Shown here: piece after piece, positions 37,801 through 51,312 of the stretch
How positions within the stretch are numbered: the stretch's first letter is position 1
How the letters are laid out: every line of letters starts with the position of its first letter
DNA from: Blasia pusilla
Lineage: Eukaryota
Length of the DNA stretch: 64,000 nt
Assembly: GCA_050084515.1 (NCBI GenBank)
Contig: CM114271.1
Span: 37,510,001-37,574,000 of the forward strand
Direction: 5' to 3'
The notes under the pieces: generated by a model
Seen by the model: only the letters and a program-made list of their open reading frames with translations
What the model was told of the DNA's origin: nothing
Databases searched by the model: none
Position numbers and translations under genes: made by a program

Positions 37801-39457
37801 TTGAACTTTACCAACATGCGTGATATGATGTTGAGTGTCATCTCCTATGAGTAGAATTGCAGGATCTTTCACTGACTCCATACAATTGAACCATTTAGCT
37901 TGTGAGGCCATGTGATTTGATGCACCAAAGTCAATGTATCAATCTACTATCGAGTCTTTCTTGACCATTGCTCCCATATGATGAGTCATGACCAAGAGAT
38001 GTTCAGTTTGTGAATGTTGTTGTTCTTGGTAGTGCCCTTGGTGTTGTTGCTCCACATACTTTTGTTGCTGCAAGACTCCTCTTCTCATATCTGCCTTCTT
38101 TTTTAAGCAAAACTTTGCATAGTGACCCTTCACTCATAGTAATTACAAGATTTAGGGATCCTCTACTGTTGACCTTGACCCCAACGGTTTCCACCATCAC
38201 CACCTTGTGATTGTGTTTGGTACTGATTCATAGTTGATTGAGTGACATTATATTAAGTGCCTCTTTCTCCATATGTTTGATATCCATCATAATCACGTAA
38301 GCTTCTACCGCGATCCGTGCCTATGTTTGATCCATAACTTGCAAATAGCGCACTCTCTTATATACTAGACGAGACACCGCCACCTACTAGGCGTATCTCT
38401 TCACTAATAAAAAAATATTACTAAATCTTGAAAGGTTGGATATTTCTCTCTCAATGAGATAAAGGTCTCAAAGGACTTGTAATCCCTTGGAAGGCCTTGA
38501 AGATTGAACAAAATCATATCATCGTCTTCTACTGTCACTCCAATGCTATTCAACTAATCAGCAAAATGTATGATACTCAAAGTATAATTGTTGATGCTCC
38601 ACAATCCTTTCCTCACTTTGTTCAATTTCTATTTCAATTGAAGCTATCTCGCCTTTGTAGATGTTTGGAATAAATTTTCCAATGCATCCCAGGGCTCCTT
38701 TGGAGTATCAACATCTTGAATGTGACCTATCATTGGCGAACTGATCGTTATTAAAATGTAGTGGATTATTTACTTTTCGCGTTTGTTCCATGCGCAAATA
38801 TTAAAGTCTATTGAGTCATCTTTTGTCTTGGCCTCATCACCTATGACAAGATCCCATAGTTCTTGATCCATGAGAAATTTTTTCATACGAAACTTTGAGA
38901 CATTGTAATTCTCCTTATATGACTTCTCGCATGTGATTGTTGTTGAAGAATACTCCATGACGAACGATTTCACTCACAAAAAACACAATTTCAGGCTCTC
39001 CATTACTCCAATAAAAGCAAAGATCAGTCTTACACAGAAATCAACGTGAAATTTGCCAAAATTGATCAACTGTATTAAAAAATTAGTCAAAATTGGCATA
39101 TAGAGAGCAAACTGCACAACTTTTCCTCACTAATTGCACTTTCCTATACTAAAATTGCTACTGCATGAGCTCAAAATATCAGAATCAAACAATTTTGGAT
39201 ACGTTTGAAAGCTCTCAACGATCTCCACAAGATGGTAAGAACCCCTTGATGGGGACCCAAATGGCTGAAACGACCAAGAAAGCCCTAACAAATGTTTCCA
39301 AAGTTGTATCACCATCAAAGCTCCACGTGAAATCTGCACCCACTGAGTTCTGAACAAAATTTCCTTCTTCCAAACTAAAATTGTGCCTTCTCTTGCCTCT
39401 CTTCTCTTTGCAAACACCAATGATTTCAATTGATATTCTCCTATCGCTCCGATATCA

Positions 39458-39768
39458 CATAGAAAACTGCTAAAGAAGCTTAGTTGGTGGGAAATTGCTC
39501 ACACTCACACACCACCATGCAGAACAAAATTTTCTAATCAGAGAATGAGTGGAGGCTGGTCCCATTCTCAATTATATAGGATATGTATAAGCCACCCTAA
39601 CCCTAATCTTAACCATAGTCTCAAGTTAAACAAAATATGATTAACTAACCCTAGTTAAGATCATCGCGCTTAATTGACTAACAAAGATTAAACTTCCCTA
39701 CTTCGTGTGAGTACCAAATGTAGTAGTTCAGGTGTCTCATGAACTTGACTGTAACTCAATCTTCAATA
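39458..39768 (-). repeat. Copia 5' LTR
   Basis: Partner of 34507-34817; abuts the PBS-like sequence at about 39445-39457. Confidence 0.92.
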
Positions 39769-40099
39769 GAAACCTCCTCTCTTGAGTTATCGAAGGCCTC
39801 AACTAGTCATCCTCAACCTCTTAAAGTTGTCTTCTAATATCCTCTTAGATGCTCTACCATAAACCTATTGATCCATCATAAAATCCATGACAAGGGGTTT
39901 GTAAAAGTATGGCTTGTAGAGATTTCACTTGGGAGATTTGGACGTACATCTATTAAATGCATGGTTGGCAATGAGATACATATTTAGCGGAAACACATTT
40001 TTAGTATTTCTTTTGCCATACTTTCTACTCTATAAAAGAGAGCTAGATTTACCATAAGTCATTTATCATGATGATAGTGAAGTGTTGAATCTTGATAAT

Positions 40100-40615
40100 C
40101 TTAATGTGCGGATATGAGCATATTCCCAAAGGACATATATATTTCTAAGAGTCATCCCGTGACGTTTGAGAACTTGGCAATTGCACAATATCAAGACATA
40201 TTGAGGTATATAACTATTCGGGAAGGAGATTATCAATTGATAATATGGAGGTTCCATCATAAGGACTATGTCTATCTAAATCCCGCTTTAGATATTATAA
40301 GATATATGGTGCATCATTTTGAGGACATCTGAAAATTTTCCATTTGGCATCATTCTATTAGAGGGTTGGAATGGTGTGGTTTGGAAGGATCAAGTTCATA
40401 TTGTATGCCATGTCACTTCCCAATATTTATGGTATAGTTGATCAAAGGTTGGAGGTGTTTCTTTTAGGCTTGTGGTGTATGTTGTGTGGATATGCTAAAG
40501 GTGCAGTCATGATACTAGTCTGTAATGGGTGTTCAAGAGGATGTCATATGACATGTTGAACGTCACCTCTTGATAAAGTTGTTAAGGGATGATGGATATG
40601 CCCCAAATATACATA
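40100..40615 (+). mobile_element. Gypsy integrase C-terminal remnant followed by a PHD finger
   Basis: FENLAIAQYQDILRY...RFHHKDYVYL, then CMLCG......ILVCNGCSRGCHMTC*TSPLDKVVKG*WICP, a C4HC3 PHD pattern with stops. Confidence 0.7.
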
Positions 40616-41159
40616 GGATGGGTAGTCAAATGATAAGACTTGCACGATTAACATGGATAATATGTAGGCTATTAACAACGGGGCCACATGAGCATCATGC
40701 CTTCTTGCTCTTAGCATCATCTAGATGTATGTTACAAGTAGGTAGAGAGATAGATGGCTATCTCGAGTTACAAGGACTTAACCACCATTCAAGAGTGATT
40801 GCGTGTATTTTGGTAGTTATTTTCCTTTATGTTTAGACTTAATGGTTTAATTTATAAGTGAAGTGTTTTATGTGTTTGATTAGAGAAAACGAGGCGCATA
40901 CACATCACAGTTGACATATTTTTTACAATGAAACGGAAAGTATTAGTGGTACGCTTTGCGGGGATAGTCAATATCGAGCCCAATATGTTGTAGATAACTT
41001 GCTAAAAATGGGATGACATGCAAATGTAGCTTTCCACTTGGTTCAAGCTTATTTAAAGACTATTTGAGAATCTTACTATTCCAAGTAACTTCATGTTTTT
41101 TGATAATTGTGTTTCTATTTAAAGAATATATCCATTGAATAATTCCAAGGAAGTAGGGG

Positions 41160-41319
41160 AGAGAGAGAGAGAGAGAGAGAGTGTGTGTGTGTTCATGGCT
41201 TTATTATCTCTTTGGTAATCCTCCTTGAGTTAGAGGCAATACAATTTTGGTGCTCCTTACCTTAAGAGTAACCCCAACCTTCTATCATGAGAGTAGGTTT
41301 GGTTTGTGTGTATGTGTAT

Positions 41320-41380
<61 letters not shown>
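41160..41380. repeat. (GA)n/(GT)n microsatellites
   Basis: (GA)n(GT)n at about 41160-41192 and (AG)n at about 41321-41380. Confidence 0.95.
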
Positions 41381-41384
<4 letters not shown>

Positions 41385-44300
41385 GTGTTTGCATTGTGAT
41401 AGATATATATTTATTTTATTAGAGATATTTTAGTAGCTACTACGCTTATATTTGGACTCCATGGTTGAATGTGTGGGTGTGGTGGGTTATGTGTTTGATT
41501 AGTGATCGTGATGTTTGTTGTGTAACAATGTCTATAATTATGATAATGACCTCCCATCATACTATCCACTTAGTCTCATCCAAAGATCTTGAATATCACT
41601 TTCTTGGAAATCTTGCATTGAAGAAATACCAAATAAAAAAATGGTCCATAGCTTCTACCAAAATGCATATTTCAATTAGATGGAATCAAGAAACAATATC
41701 CACTTTTATTTTCACATACTCAATTTCCATACAAATTGGTTTCTTACATTTAATCTTCAAAATTACTATTGTGGTATATTGAATGCCAAGGAGATCATAT
41801 CTAATGAGGATCTAAATTAATTATGAACATATTAACATCATATCAACATATATAGTATGTATTTAAATTCCACAAAAAATTGGCATACTTAATTATTTAG
41901 TTCAAATCAAATCACCTAGATTGATGTTTCGAAACTAAATTATGGAGAATTATAGAATTTTCCAATTATTGGCTTAAAAGCAAGATAGTGGATTGTGTGA
42001 AAATATTTATTTCAATCAAGATTGCATTTTTATGCCTTTGTACTTCAACTTTACTACTTGACGTAACTCATATAAGCCTCGTGGATTAAGAGGTAATGGA
42101 AGTCTATCACTAGAAGATATACAACTTGGTCAATCACAAATATCCATGACAATAAATGGAACTTTTTAATTCAAAGGGAGGTTTCAATAGAAACCATGAT
42201 AAGTTTGGAAAGGCATCAGAATCATTATAAGTCATAAAATAGATATAGAAAAATATTATCAAATTATTTTTAAGATGTCAATATTAAATACTTCTTACTT
42301 TTCAAGTTCACTTTAGTTGCAATTTAGAAAGTAGACATTTAATTTTGAAGTAAATCTAAAACCACATAGTCTGGCTAGAATGTCTATTACTATTGACAGA
42401 GGTGTCAACTGGGCTCCATTGCGAGTTTATTTTTCTATTCTCTACGTGCAAGAATAATATTCTATCATAGAATTGATATTTGCTAGTTGGATTCAACATA
42501 ACCAATAACAACAAGAATAAAAGTTTACTCAAACCTACGAATTACCTCTCACAAATATTAGGAGGTCCTAAAGATTTTCACCGTGATGCCAAAAGTTTTA
42601 ATGAAGGCCTCCTCTTTTGCTTTACTAACCCTCTAACTCTAATGTTACACGTTAAGTGTTTACCAGATCTAATGGATGTTTGAAAGTTACACATGTCATG
42701 GTGTACTAAGTAGGAGGTAAGGCAAAAGTAAACGAAGATTCTTCATTCATTCAACAACATATGTATACAAATAGATCACACGATAAGCAAACCAACGCTT
42801 TCTATCTCTCATTCAAAAGTAACAAGCAACTAGGTGGCCTTCTCCACATGAAGGAGGCTTCATCCTTTCATGTAAGAGTCATTCTAATAAGGAGGCTCTT
42901 GCCTTAATTTGTAACATTAAGGGATGGCTTATTGATTTGCAGACACTTGTCTCATTGAGACACAAAAATCAGACAATAAAGAATATTCTAATATCACGAA
43001 TAACAAAAAAAACTTACGGCCCTAACTTTGGGCCCTTAATTTGCGATTATCTCCATGGTGTGTGCAGACCACCGTATTTGATATAGTCTGACCATAATGC
43101 TCCAACAATTCCATTGTGTGATGTGGACGATTTTAATTCGGTGAATCATCTTTAGGGTTAGGCTTTCAAAGTAGTCGTCGTCACTTTGTACATGTTGCGT
43201 AGGTTCATATTGATTCATCTTTGTAAACTAGCGGGTGTTAGACTTGATAGATATATGGCTTGATATATTGACTCCTTTATACTGTAAAAACCCCTTCTGA
43301 GTGTTTCTGCGCCGTTCTTTAGCTCGTCGTTGCACCCGGGATCGGGTTAGCTATTATGGAACTTGACTATTGCTTTGCCTTCATTTGTATGTAGTCTATC
43401 GTATGCATCAATTGAACCCGTATTCTTTGATACAACGTCCGTTTTGTTTTTTGGTACCAATAATTGAACGCCTTTGTATTGATTAGCTATGTATTGTAGT
43501 TTTTTTGTTGTACGCCATTCAAGTTTATTTTTACCAATAACGCGCTAAGTTGTTCAATGATTGTTCAACTAGGATGACCCTCTAAGGATGTAGCACACTA
43601 AGTATCTTTGCCTCTTGTCATAATGTAATTATGCGGGATCAGGCGCACTAGGCATCCGACTTACGTATATTATTTCGCTGATTTAGGCTGACATAATTAA
43701 TGAATGTGCTTAGTGTCCTCGCATCCTTATTGCAAGTATAAAGATCGAATGCATATTACATATACAATTCACCTGTAATGTTGCAATTACAAGCGTCACT
43801 TACACTGCTTCATAAATTTTCCAATTTGGATCTTAGTAAAATTGTGTTTCCCAAGCTCTTTGATTTTCAAAAGTTGCATGCACTCCTCGTAGTTAGTCAG
43901 CTCCCAGAATGCATCGTTTACATTGATTTAGATCGTGGGTGCGGAAAATGCTCCTTGAGCTTATTATGCATATAACATAGAAAAAAACATACATTCTTAG
44001 TAGACCATATTGGCTTTAGCAGAAGATGTCACAAAGGTCATTACCTGTAATATTTGTATCAAGGCTTAATGCACACACACCACAACCACCACCCGTAGTT
44101 ATCATATTTCTAGGTAGGGCATTTAAATCCAACTTTCAATATTTTAAGCGTACATACAATCACATATGTTGTACCCTTCATCAATTTGCGGTTTTTATTC
44201 CGTCAAATATCACATGATTGCATTACTTCTGTTTCCTTTTTCCCACATATTCATGTCGTGCTGTACAAACTATGGCGCTACTAGTTTCATGTCAACTCGA

Positions 44301-44855
44301 CTTTTGTGAAGCATGGTGCATCAATTCTTAGGTAATTAGCATGCTTGTAGAACAAACAACATATGTTTTTGGTAGTAGTGTAGTCGTGATTGATTTACGT
44401 GCTAGTTATATTTTATTGCACGAACTCACTGTAAATCACACTATCCCTTGTTGTGCATATGATCCGAATCAACATATTAACTGTTTGTATAATTAACACG
44501 ATTAGTTCGTTTCATGTGTCTTTCACTTGCTTAGTTTCTATTGCGATCCATTTGCACTTACTATGTGTTTTGGTATGCTCTACAGATCTGAGTACATTTG
44601 GAAAGTTCGACAATACATTATGCACACGTACACATTCCTATAATGATGTTGCTTACCAAAGTTAATCATTGCTTGCATGCCTTATATTTATAACAAATTA
44701 TAGTCCTACCTCTGCATAATATCTCTAAATCGCTTATTTTTTTGAGGCACTCTAGGCGATGTCTCACTTTTGTCATTTCCTTTGCTTACGGGAGGGATAC
44801 CTTTGGCCTCTACAAAGAAACTGTATGGTATCATTTTTAGTACTCTTTTTGAGAT

Positions 44856-47385
44856 ATGTCGAGACCTCCTAACTCATTGGTGATGCACCAAAGTAGAGAA
44901 AGAAATAGAATGCGTCGAAGGTTGGCCATTGCACACTTCATATCTATGAGTAGGAAACCAAATTCTCCTACCTGATTGAACATTAGTCTGCTATTACAAT
45001 ATTGGATATCACTCTCTCGTTCCTTCCCGAATGCAATGCACTCTTGTGGTATCTGTGGATCTGTTCGTCTAGGCAACTCATCACGCCTTAAGTTTCAAAT
45101 AGTACCTTCACTATCTTATCCACCATACATACTTTGTAATGCATTCATGTTGGAATTCACTGTACCGAAACATGGATACCACTTTGGGTGCATAAATTGC
45201 AAATCGGGTAGATAGAGGGATTCATTTCATGTGTATATGACACCGACATACAAACAAGACATCTTATCTTGTAACCCTACATATTTATGACTCCTATCCG
45301 TTGCGGATTCATGTGATGGAATAACATCCAAATACAATGGATTTCATCGTGGTTTCTTCAATATGGAATCTCTTTTAGATAGCCCTTTAGTTCACTGAAA
45401 CATGAGCACTTATAAGTGTGAGAATGTAATGCAATCTATCGTCAGGTCCGCAATATAATGGTGGTGAATAGGCATGTATATCCTGTGTTAAGGGATTATT
45501 TAATATTGATATAGTTTCCAAGTCCGATTTGTGGTCTAGTAATCTTACTTTCCATATCTGTTGAAAGGATTCTAAAAGTGTTAAAAGACAAGGATCTTGT
45601 AATGCACACAATGAATATTGATCCATACAAATCTCATCTGAATATCATCCATGATGTCCAATATTCAATTCCGTCAGAAAGAACAAATCTTGAGATATTT
45701 TTAGAATGATAGTATTTATTGCAAATGTCAATCATCCCTACGTACCAAACTTATTACAAATTTCAAAGGTTTATTTGAGGACACAAGGTTGACACTATAG
45801 ACCAGCGTATTTCCAAATTTTTTTCCCTACCTTCGTAGATTCTACAAGGGTACGATTTCATTTGCAGACTACATGAAATTAAAAGCTTCTCAACAATTTC
45901 TAGTATTAACACTATACAACCTTAAATGCCTTTGATGTATAAGCTCAAACACTCCATTGTCCTTATCACTTCAACAAAATCTTGCATTCTCAACAAGGAA
46001 ATGGACACACTACATATTACTAATTTTGAGATGTCTGAAGATGAATTATATCATAACTTAGCCAAGCATTCAATAAGCCCGTAGATTTATGGCAGCCCCC
46101 GTTGGCATAGAAAGCACTTAAAGGACCTTGAGGCTATGGTTAACAAGTGGGGAATGCACCATTTCTTTCTCACATTAACATCTAACAAAATTTTAGACAC
46201 AATAAAGTCATAATTCTCCCAAGTAGGATCATTATTGATGAGTGAATCCGTTGACAAAACTGCAAGTAGAGGGATCGATTAACCAAGCGCCGATATGAAA
46301 CCTCTCCAATCGCCAAAGAATGCAAACCTGAAGGACGCTTATCCATAGCCAAAAAAAGACAAGCGCCCAAGAGTCTGACAAATCTTCAAATATCATATTC
46401 ACAAACTAGGTTTCCCTCTTGAGATTTATTCAGATTTAGCTCCTTCAATGGATCCTGTAAATCACAAATGGCAATACTATATGTTGTCTTGGCTTAATAG
46501 AAATGTAGTTCCATACCATCCAATTGTTCTACTTCTTTGTGTGCTAGCTTCCACCTGTTTTCAACCCTTCCTCTATAAGTGCATACAAATATTATCACAT
46601 TTCTTCCTTTTGTTTTTGGCACAACATAACAAAATCCTATCTCACTACACCATGAGGTAGGCTTTTGATCTTGCGTTTCTGACATTTCTTAACTTATTCA
46701 TGTTAGGTTGCCTCTCAAGATGATATTGACAAGTGCTTGGAGAATTGCATGGTTACATTTGACAAAGCTGTAGACTTTGTTGATGATGGTAAAACAATGA
46801 TCTTTTCCCACAGAGTGGATCTAAATTTCTTCAAACCAATATGTCTGAGGTATTTTTTTGAGGAAGTAAGAATGATTTCTATTTTAATAGATTGGGATGT
46901 TTGTGGTATGGACGGTTTACATAATTGGATTGAAGAAAGTGATTTCCATCAGATACCCTTTTTAGGAATAGGTTGTAAGATAGTCTTAACAACTAACCCA
47001 AATGTAAGTTAAGGTGCGGCAAATGGTTGCTTAGGTTTTGTGAAGGAGTTCCTTTTGCATAAAGATTATTATAGTTCAGTTAGCTTCCAATAACTCTTTG
47101 GTGAAAGTTAATAGGTTTGTATCACAAATTATTTATATAAAGAATAGGACTAAATTCTTTAAACGTACTTTCCCACTCGTGCTCTCATATGCTATAACCG
47201 CTCATAAATCACAAGACAACATTGTAGTTGGCAGATGTCTTATTGTATTGAAATGTGCTTTCACATATGGCCTGACTTACATTATGTTGTCCAAAGTCTC
47301 ATGTAGAAGCAATTTGAGGACATTAAGAAAGATACTCTCATTTGAGTTTTTGCTACATGGTTTAAGCTATGAATACAATATCTAA
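44856..47385 (+). mobile_element. Decayed Helitron Rep/helicase coding region, interrupted
   Basis: N-terminal CGICG...CINCK Zn finger (45046-45205); VFPNFFPY..FYKGTISFADYMKL (about 45806-45885); PIF1 helicase C-terminus IGCKIVLTTNPNVS*GAANG and FPLVLSYAITAHKSQ...AFTYGLTYIMLSKV (46960-47300). Stops and frameshifts throughout. Confidence 0.75.
46250..46385 (-). mobile_element. Non-LTR retrotransposon RT fragment (CRE/early-clade-like)
   Basis: RLLGACLFLAMDKRPSGLHSLAIGEVSYRRLVNRSLYLQF resembles the K..GG.RPIA.GE...RL motif of RT subdomains 1-2. Confidence 0.6.
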
Positions 47386-50147
47386 ATGTTTATAGTATTT
47401 TCTATCATCTAAAATTTCTACAATGGCCAACTACGGAAAGTCACGAGCACATCCACTTTACTTCTTTGATGACAAGACTAATCCATTTTCTAGTATGTAT
47501 GGACCTAATGGTTTACGACAATTTGTTTACTTCACAAGCAGAGACATTCCAAAATCAGCAAGTCAGTTCCATAAAGCCACTCTAGAGCAACTTTCTACTA
47601 GTGTGAGAAGACCTTCAATGCCATCAAGTTCCAATTGTTAAGTGAGTTGTACTGCCATAGTCATTAGACTCAACATTATAATAATTAGTCAATAGGGTGG
47701 TGTAATAATATTGACAGATGTCCATCTCATTCCATGCAGAGCACGACTCTAAGTGGTAAGTTTGCAAAGATTTTCTTATAGGAAATTCCCAAAGATATTG
47801 GGACCCAACAAGTTGTATTCACATAACCATCATCGTTATAAATGAGGTACGCTGACAATATGGGGATTCTTTCTAATACATGGCAAGATAGTATTAAAAA
47901 GCGTAAAATATTCAAGATGATTGATAGTAGAAAAATTTGGGATGCAATGTCCAAGGATGAGCATAATGCACCACTCGAAACAAGTGAGCAAAGACTTTCT
48001 TCCCTACTAATCACTTTATGGAATGTTATGAATACATTGTTGGTTTAGCAAAATTGGTGTTAACCATTTAGGAGTTCACAGAGAGGCTTTGATGGTGAAA
48101 GGAGTTGAATTCAATGATCGGAAGCTAACAAAGATCCAGGCAATTAAGGAGCTTTCTTCAATCATGGGAAGTATCAGACTTCCACAAATGAAAGAACTAA
48201 AACACATTTTTGTAGTACCCATGGAAGTAGTTATAGACTTAACTTCTGCTAAGACGATGATCTTAATCAAGAAAATGCACGAGGCTAGAAAGAATGTCTT
48301 ACTGTTGAATGTACAACCAAACGTCCAACCTTACAGTGTCATTAATTTGGATAACTTAGAGGATCTAGCTTCAGACACTAAACCCACTTATATTCCTTGC
48401 CCATTAGATAACCCTAATTCCGTCCCGAAGCAGATTGTTGACATCCACATTTCTACGTCTACAATAAGTTAATGTTACCAACAAAGCGGCTGCGGGAGTT
48501 CTAAGTCATATTATGATGCTTTATTCCATGAGAATTTTGCTCACTATGAATATTAAGTTAGTGTTTCGTTGATTTTGGCTGTGTTGCTGTTTTTTTTTTC
48601 TAGATTTATCATTCTCTTGAATAAAGCTAGCATTCTTAATCTTACATTGATCCGTCGGATAATCCTCTCACTAGTTGTCATTTTTTGTAAATCCGAGTCA
48701 CTAAAAATTGATCGTAGTTCAACGAGTTATTTGCTGGTAGTTTGAGTGTATCATATTTTTTTGAGCAATCATGTAGTTTTCACAGCCACGTATGAACACG
48801 ACAGATTGGATAATGTTCGTTGATCCCTCTAGCCAAACTCTAATTGGACTATAATAACACTAGTCGACGAAAAACACTACTCATTTCTTAAATATATTAG
48901 TTAAACTACGTTGTGTGATCCTCTCTAGATTCATGTGGATTTTTGTGTCACATTGTAGTCTCGTAATTTTGTTTGGCAATGTAGGCAATTTCGTTTGGCA
49001 ATGGTTAATTGATTCTATACTTCTTTCTTTACTTGCAGTTCTAGAGGCCCTTCGTGCTTTACATAGTCTCGTTTGTATACATGTTTTTGCAAGTCATGAA
49101 TTGTTATTTATAATCAAACATTGGTTTTATATGCAAACTTTCCGGTTGGATATGGAGGCTCTTGGCAAAGAAGTAGTTGAACCATCAATAATGCAATGTA
49201 TTCACGACGACAACATAAGAGTTCATTCGCAATATAAACATCTTGGTGGCGATTCACAACCGTCACCAACAAATAACCCTGCAAGGAAACGAAAGTGTCA
49301 AGATGCATGCAATAGAGCTTTTACAAAGGATATTGCAACACACATTGACTGTTATTGTAATGTTCAAACTTGTTAACAGACTACAGTGGAAAAGCCTGAT
49401 TTTTTTTGCTACTTTGACATACATACTGCAGGATTCTTGGTTGATCAGACATTTAAAATTGCATTTCAAATCTATTTTTTAAAAGTTATATTATATCTTC
49501 CCACTATCTATTTTTGTATGTTGATGTGTATACTTATAATGTTTATAGTGGAATCTTCAAGACACATTGGTTGTTACTATGTTGTTCATCTGTTATTATG
49601 CAATGCATTATATCGTTATTTTCTTTCTCCATGAAATTTTATACCTTGATTGTTTTATCACACAATGGATATACTCAGGTCCCAGATTACAATTTGAAGG
49701 TCAATTAATTAAAACATAGTTCATGAGTGCATTGTAACATGTATTTAGACAACAAGCATTACCATTCCAGACTCTAGTTATCCATTTTGCTCGTTTCAAT
49801 TATCTCAATCCAACATGGATATACATTCGCATCACCTTGTCCATATTAAGGACACATGTTCGTATAAGATCACAAAATTTTCCTTGTACCATTTACAGTT
49901 ATTCTGAACCATCTTCAACATTTAGTACCTTTTGAAAAAAACTGTTTCGTTGTCACATGCCTACTTCAATAAGTGCGCCTACCTGCACTACATCAACCTC
50001 GTTTCATATTGGCAATTGGCTTTAACCCTTATGAGTATAATTTAACCCGGATGGGACCGTCACACTAATTTATTATAATTATTAGTTGTGTGCAAAATAT
50101 TAACTATACAATAATAATATGAATGATATAGATGGAAATCTATACTA

Positions 50148-50653
50148 CTAGTTAGCATGCCTGTGCTACGCGTGGAAAGAGGTATTATTGTAAATAATTC
50201 ATAGAAAGAAGGAAAAAAAAACTGGACTTTATTTTTAATCCACTCCTGACATATGTAAAATCATCATTAAACCACCTCCATAAATATAACCCTCATCAAT
50301 CAAAATAAACCCCACTACTTCATGCAATAACTACTACCCAAGTTTTAATCCACGCTCCACTTACAAAAAATCATCACTAAACCACTGCCCCACAAATATA
50401 ACCACCATCACATACATAAAATTACCATTAAATAATTTCCTCGTAAATATAATCCCCACCAATCAAATTAGATCCCACTATTTCATATAATAATTATTAT
50501 TAAATTTTAATACATTCCTCACATACATAAAATCACCACTAAATCATTTTCCCATAAATTTAATTTCAACAAATGAAATGAAATTTCATTATCATTCAAA
50601 AATTTTAATTTTTATTCAAATCCACAATAAACCACACAATAATACATAAGAGA
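50148..50653 (-). mobile_element. Non-autonomous Helitron with internal tandem repeats
   Basis: Minus-strand 3' end with a degenerate hairpin (CCACGC-GTA-GCACAGG) and CTAG|T; candidate A|TC 5' end at 50653; repeated aaaatca(t/c)ca(t/c)taaa..ca..c..ataaat units inside. Confidence 0.55.
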
Positions 50654-51266
50654 TAGTGTTATTATGATTGTTATCTTGTCATGTTCTACCTTTTAGATTA
50701 CACATTATAATTTGGATTAAAAGAATATGATTTTGTGAACACTTCATTAATTAACGTGGCAACCAGTAAATATTTGAAGAAAATTCATATTTGTGAAACA
50801 CTATTTTTTCATAGTAATAGATGATGGTACGATAATTTATATATATTAGTAATTAGGATATGCACACCCTCATTCATTCACACGTGTAACGTGGTCGGGA
50901 AAGAAGAGCTCAATTTCAAAAAACGAATCTTCCATTGAGCCCGCTACTTCGGGAGTCTCACCACCGCCTCCTCCTCCTCCAGCGCGGGATCGATAGCGTG
51001 TCTCACACTCGACTCGCGTCGCGTCGCGATGCGCGCTGTCGCGCTTGGCTAGCGGATGCGTCGCGCACTCCAACCTTGACCCTAAACCTCTCTCTCTACT
51101 CACTCCAGGGCTTTGGTGGAGGTTTTGATGGTGTCGCTGGATCTCGGGACATCCTCATTTGGTTTCGCACGTTCGCGTTTCTTCAGCAGTAGCGATAGCG
51201 ATAGCGAGAGCGCGATTGTTCCCGTCATATTCACTGGACATCTGAAATAGCCAGGAATGGAAGTTG

Positions 51267-51312
51267 GAACCCTAAACTCTGCACACTAGTCAGTTAGGTT
51301 TAGGGTTTAGGG
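51267..51312. promoter_or_regulatory. Telo-box / short TTTAGGG repeats upstream of NAF1
   Basis: GAACCCTAAA at 51267 and TTAGGTTTAGGGTTTAGGG at about 51294-51312. AAACCCTAA also occurs beside CTNNBL1 (19555) and NDUFA3 (59021, near GCCCA site-II-like motifs). Confidence 0.5.

Larger units (their letters stand above)
34507..39768 (-). mobile_element. Full-length, decayed Ty1/Copia LTR retrotransposon
   Basis: Direct 311-bp LTRs at 34507-34817 and 39458-39768; PBS-like TGATATCGGAGCG (iMet type) beside the right LTR; PPT GTTTGAGGGGGAG beside the left LTR. Copia domain order on the minus strand: gag (NYNVSKFRM..FL.DQELWDL), Zn knuckle, protease (IDFGASNHM), integrase (YTPQQNRVAE, LKVFGC), RT (LYVDDLLI, DLGKLKYFLG), RNase H (RTKHVEVHYHF). 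Many stops and frameshifts. Confidence 0.95.
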
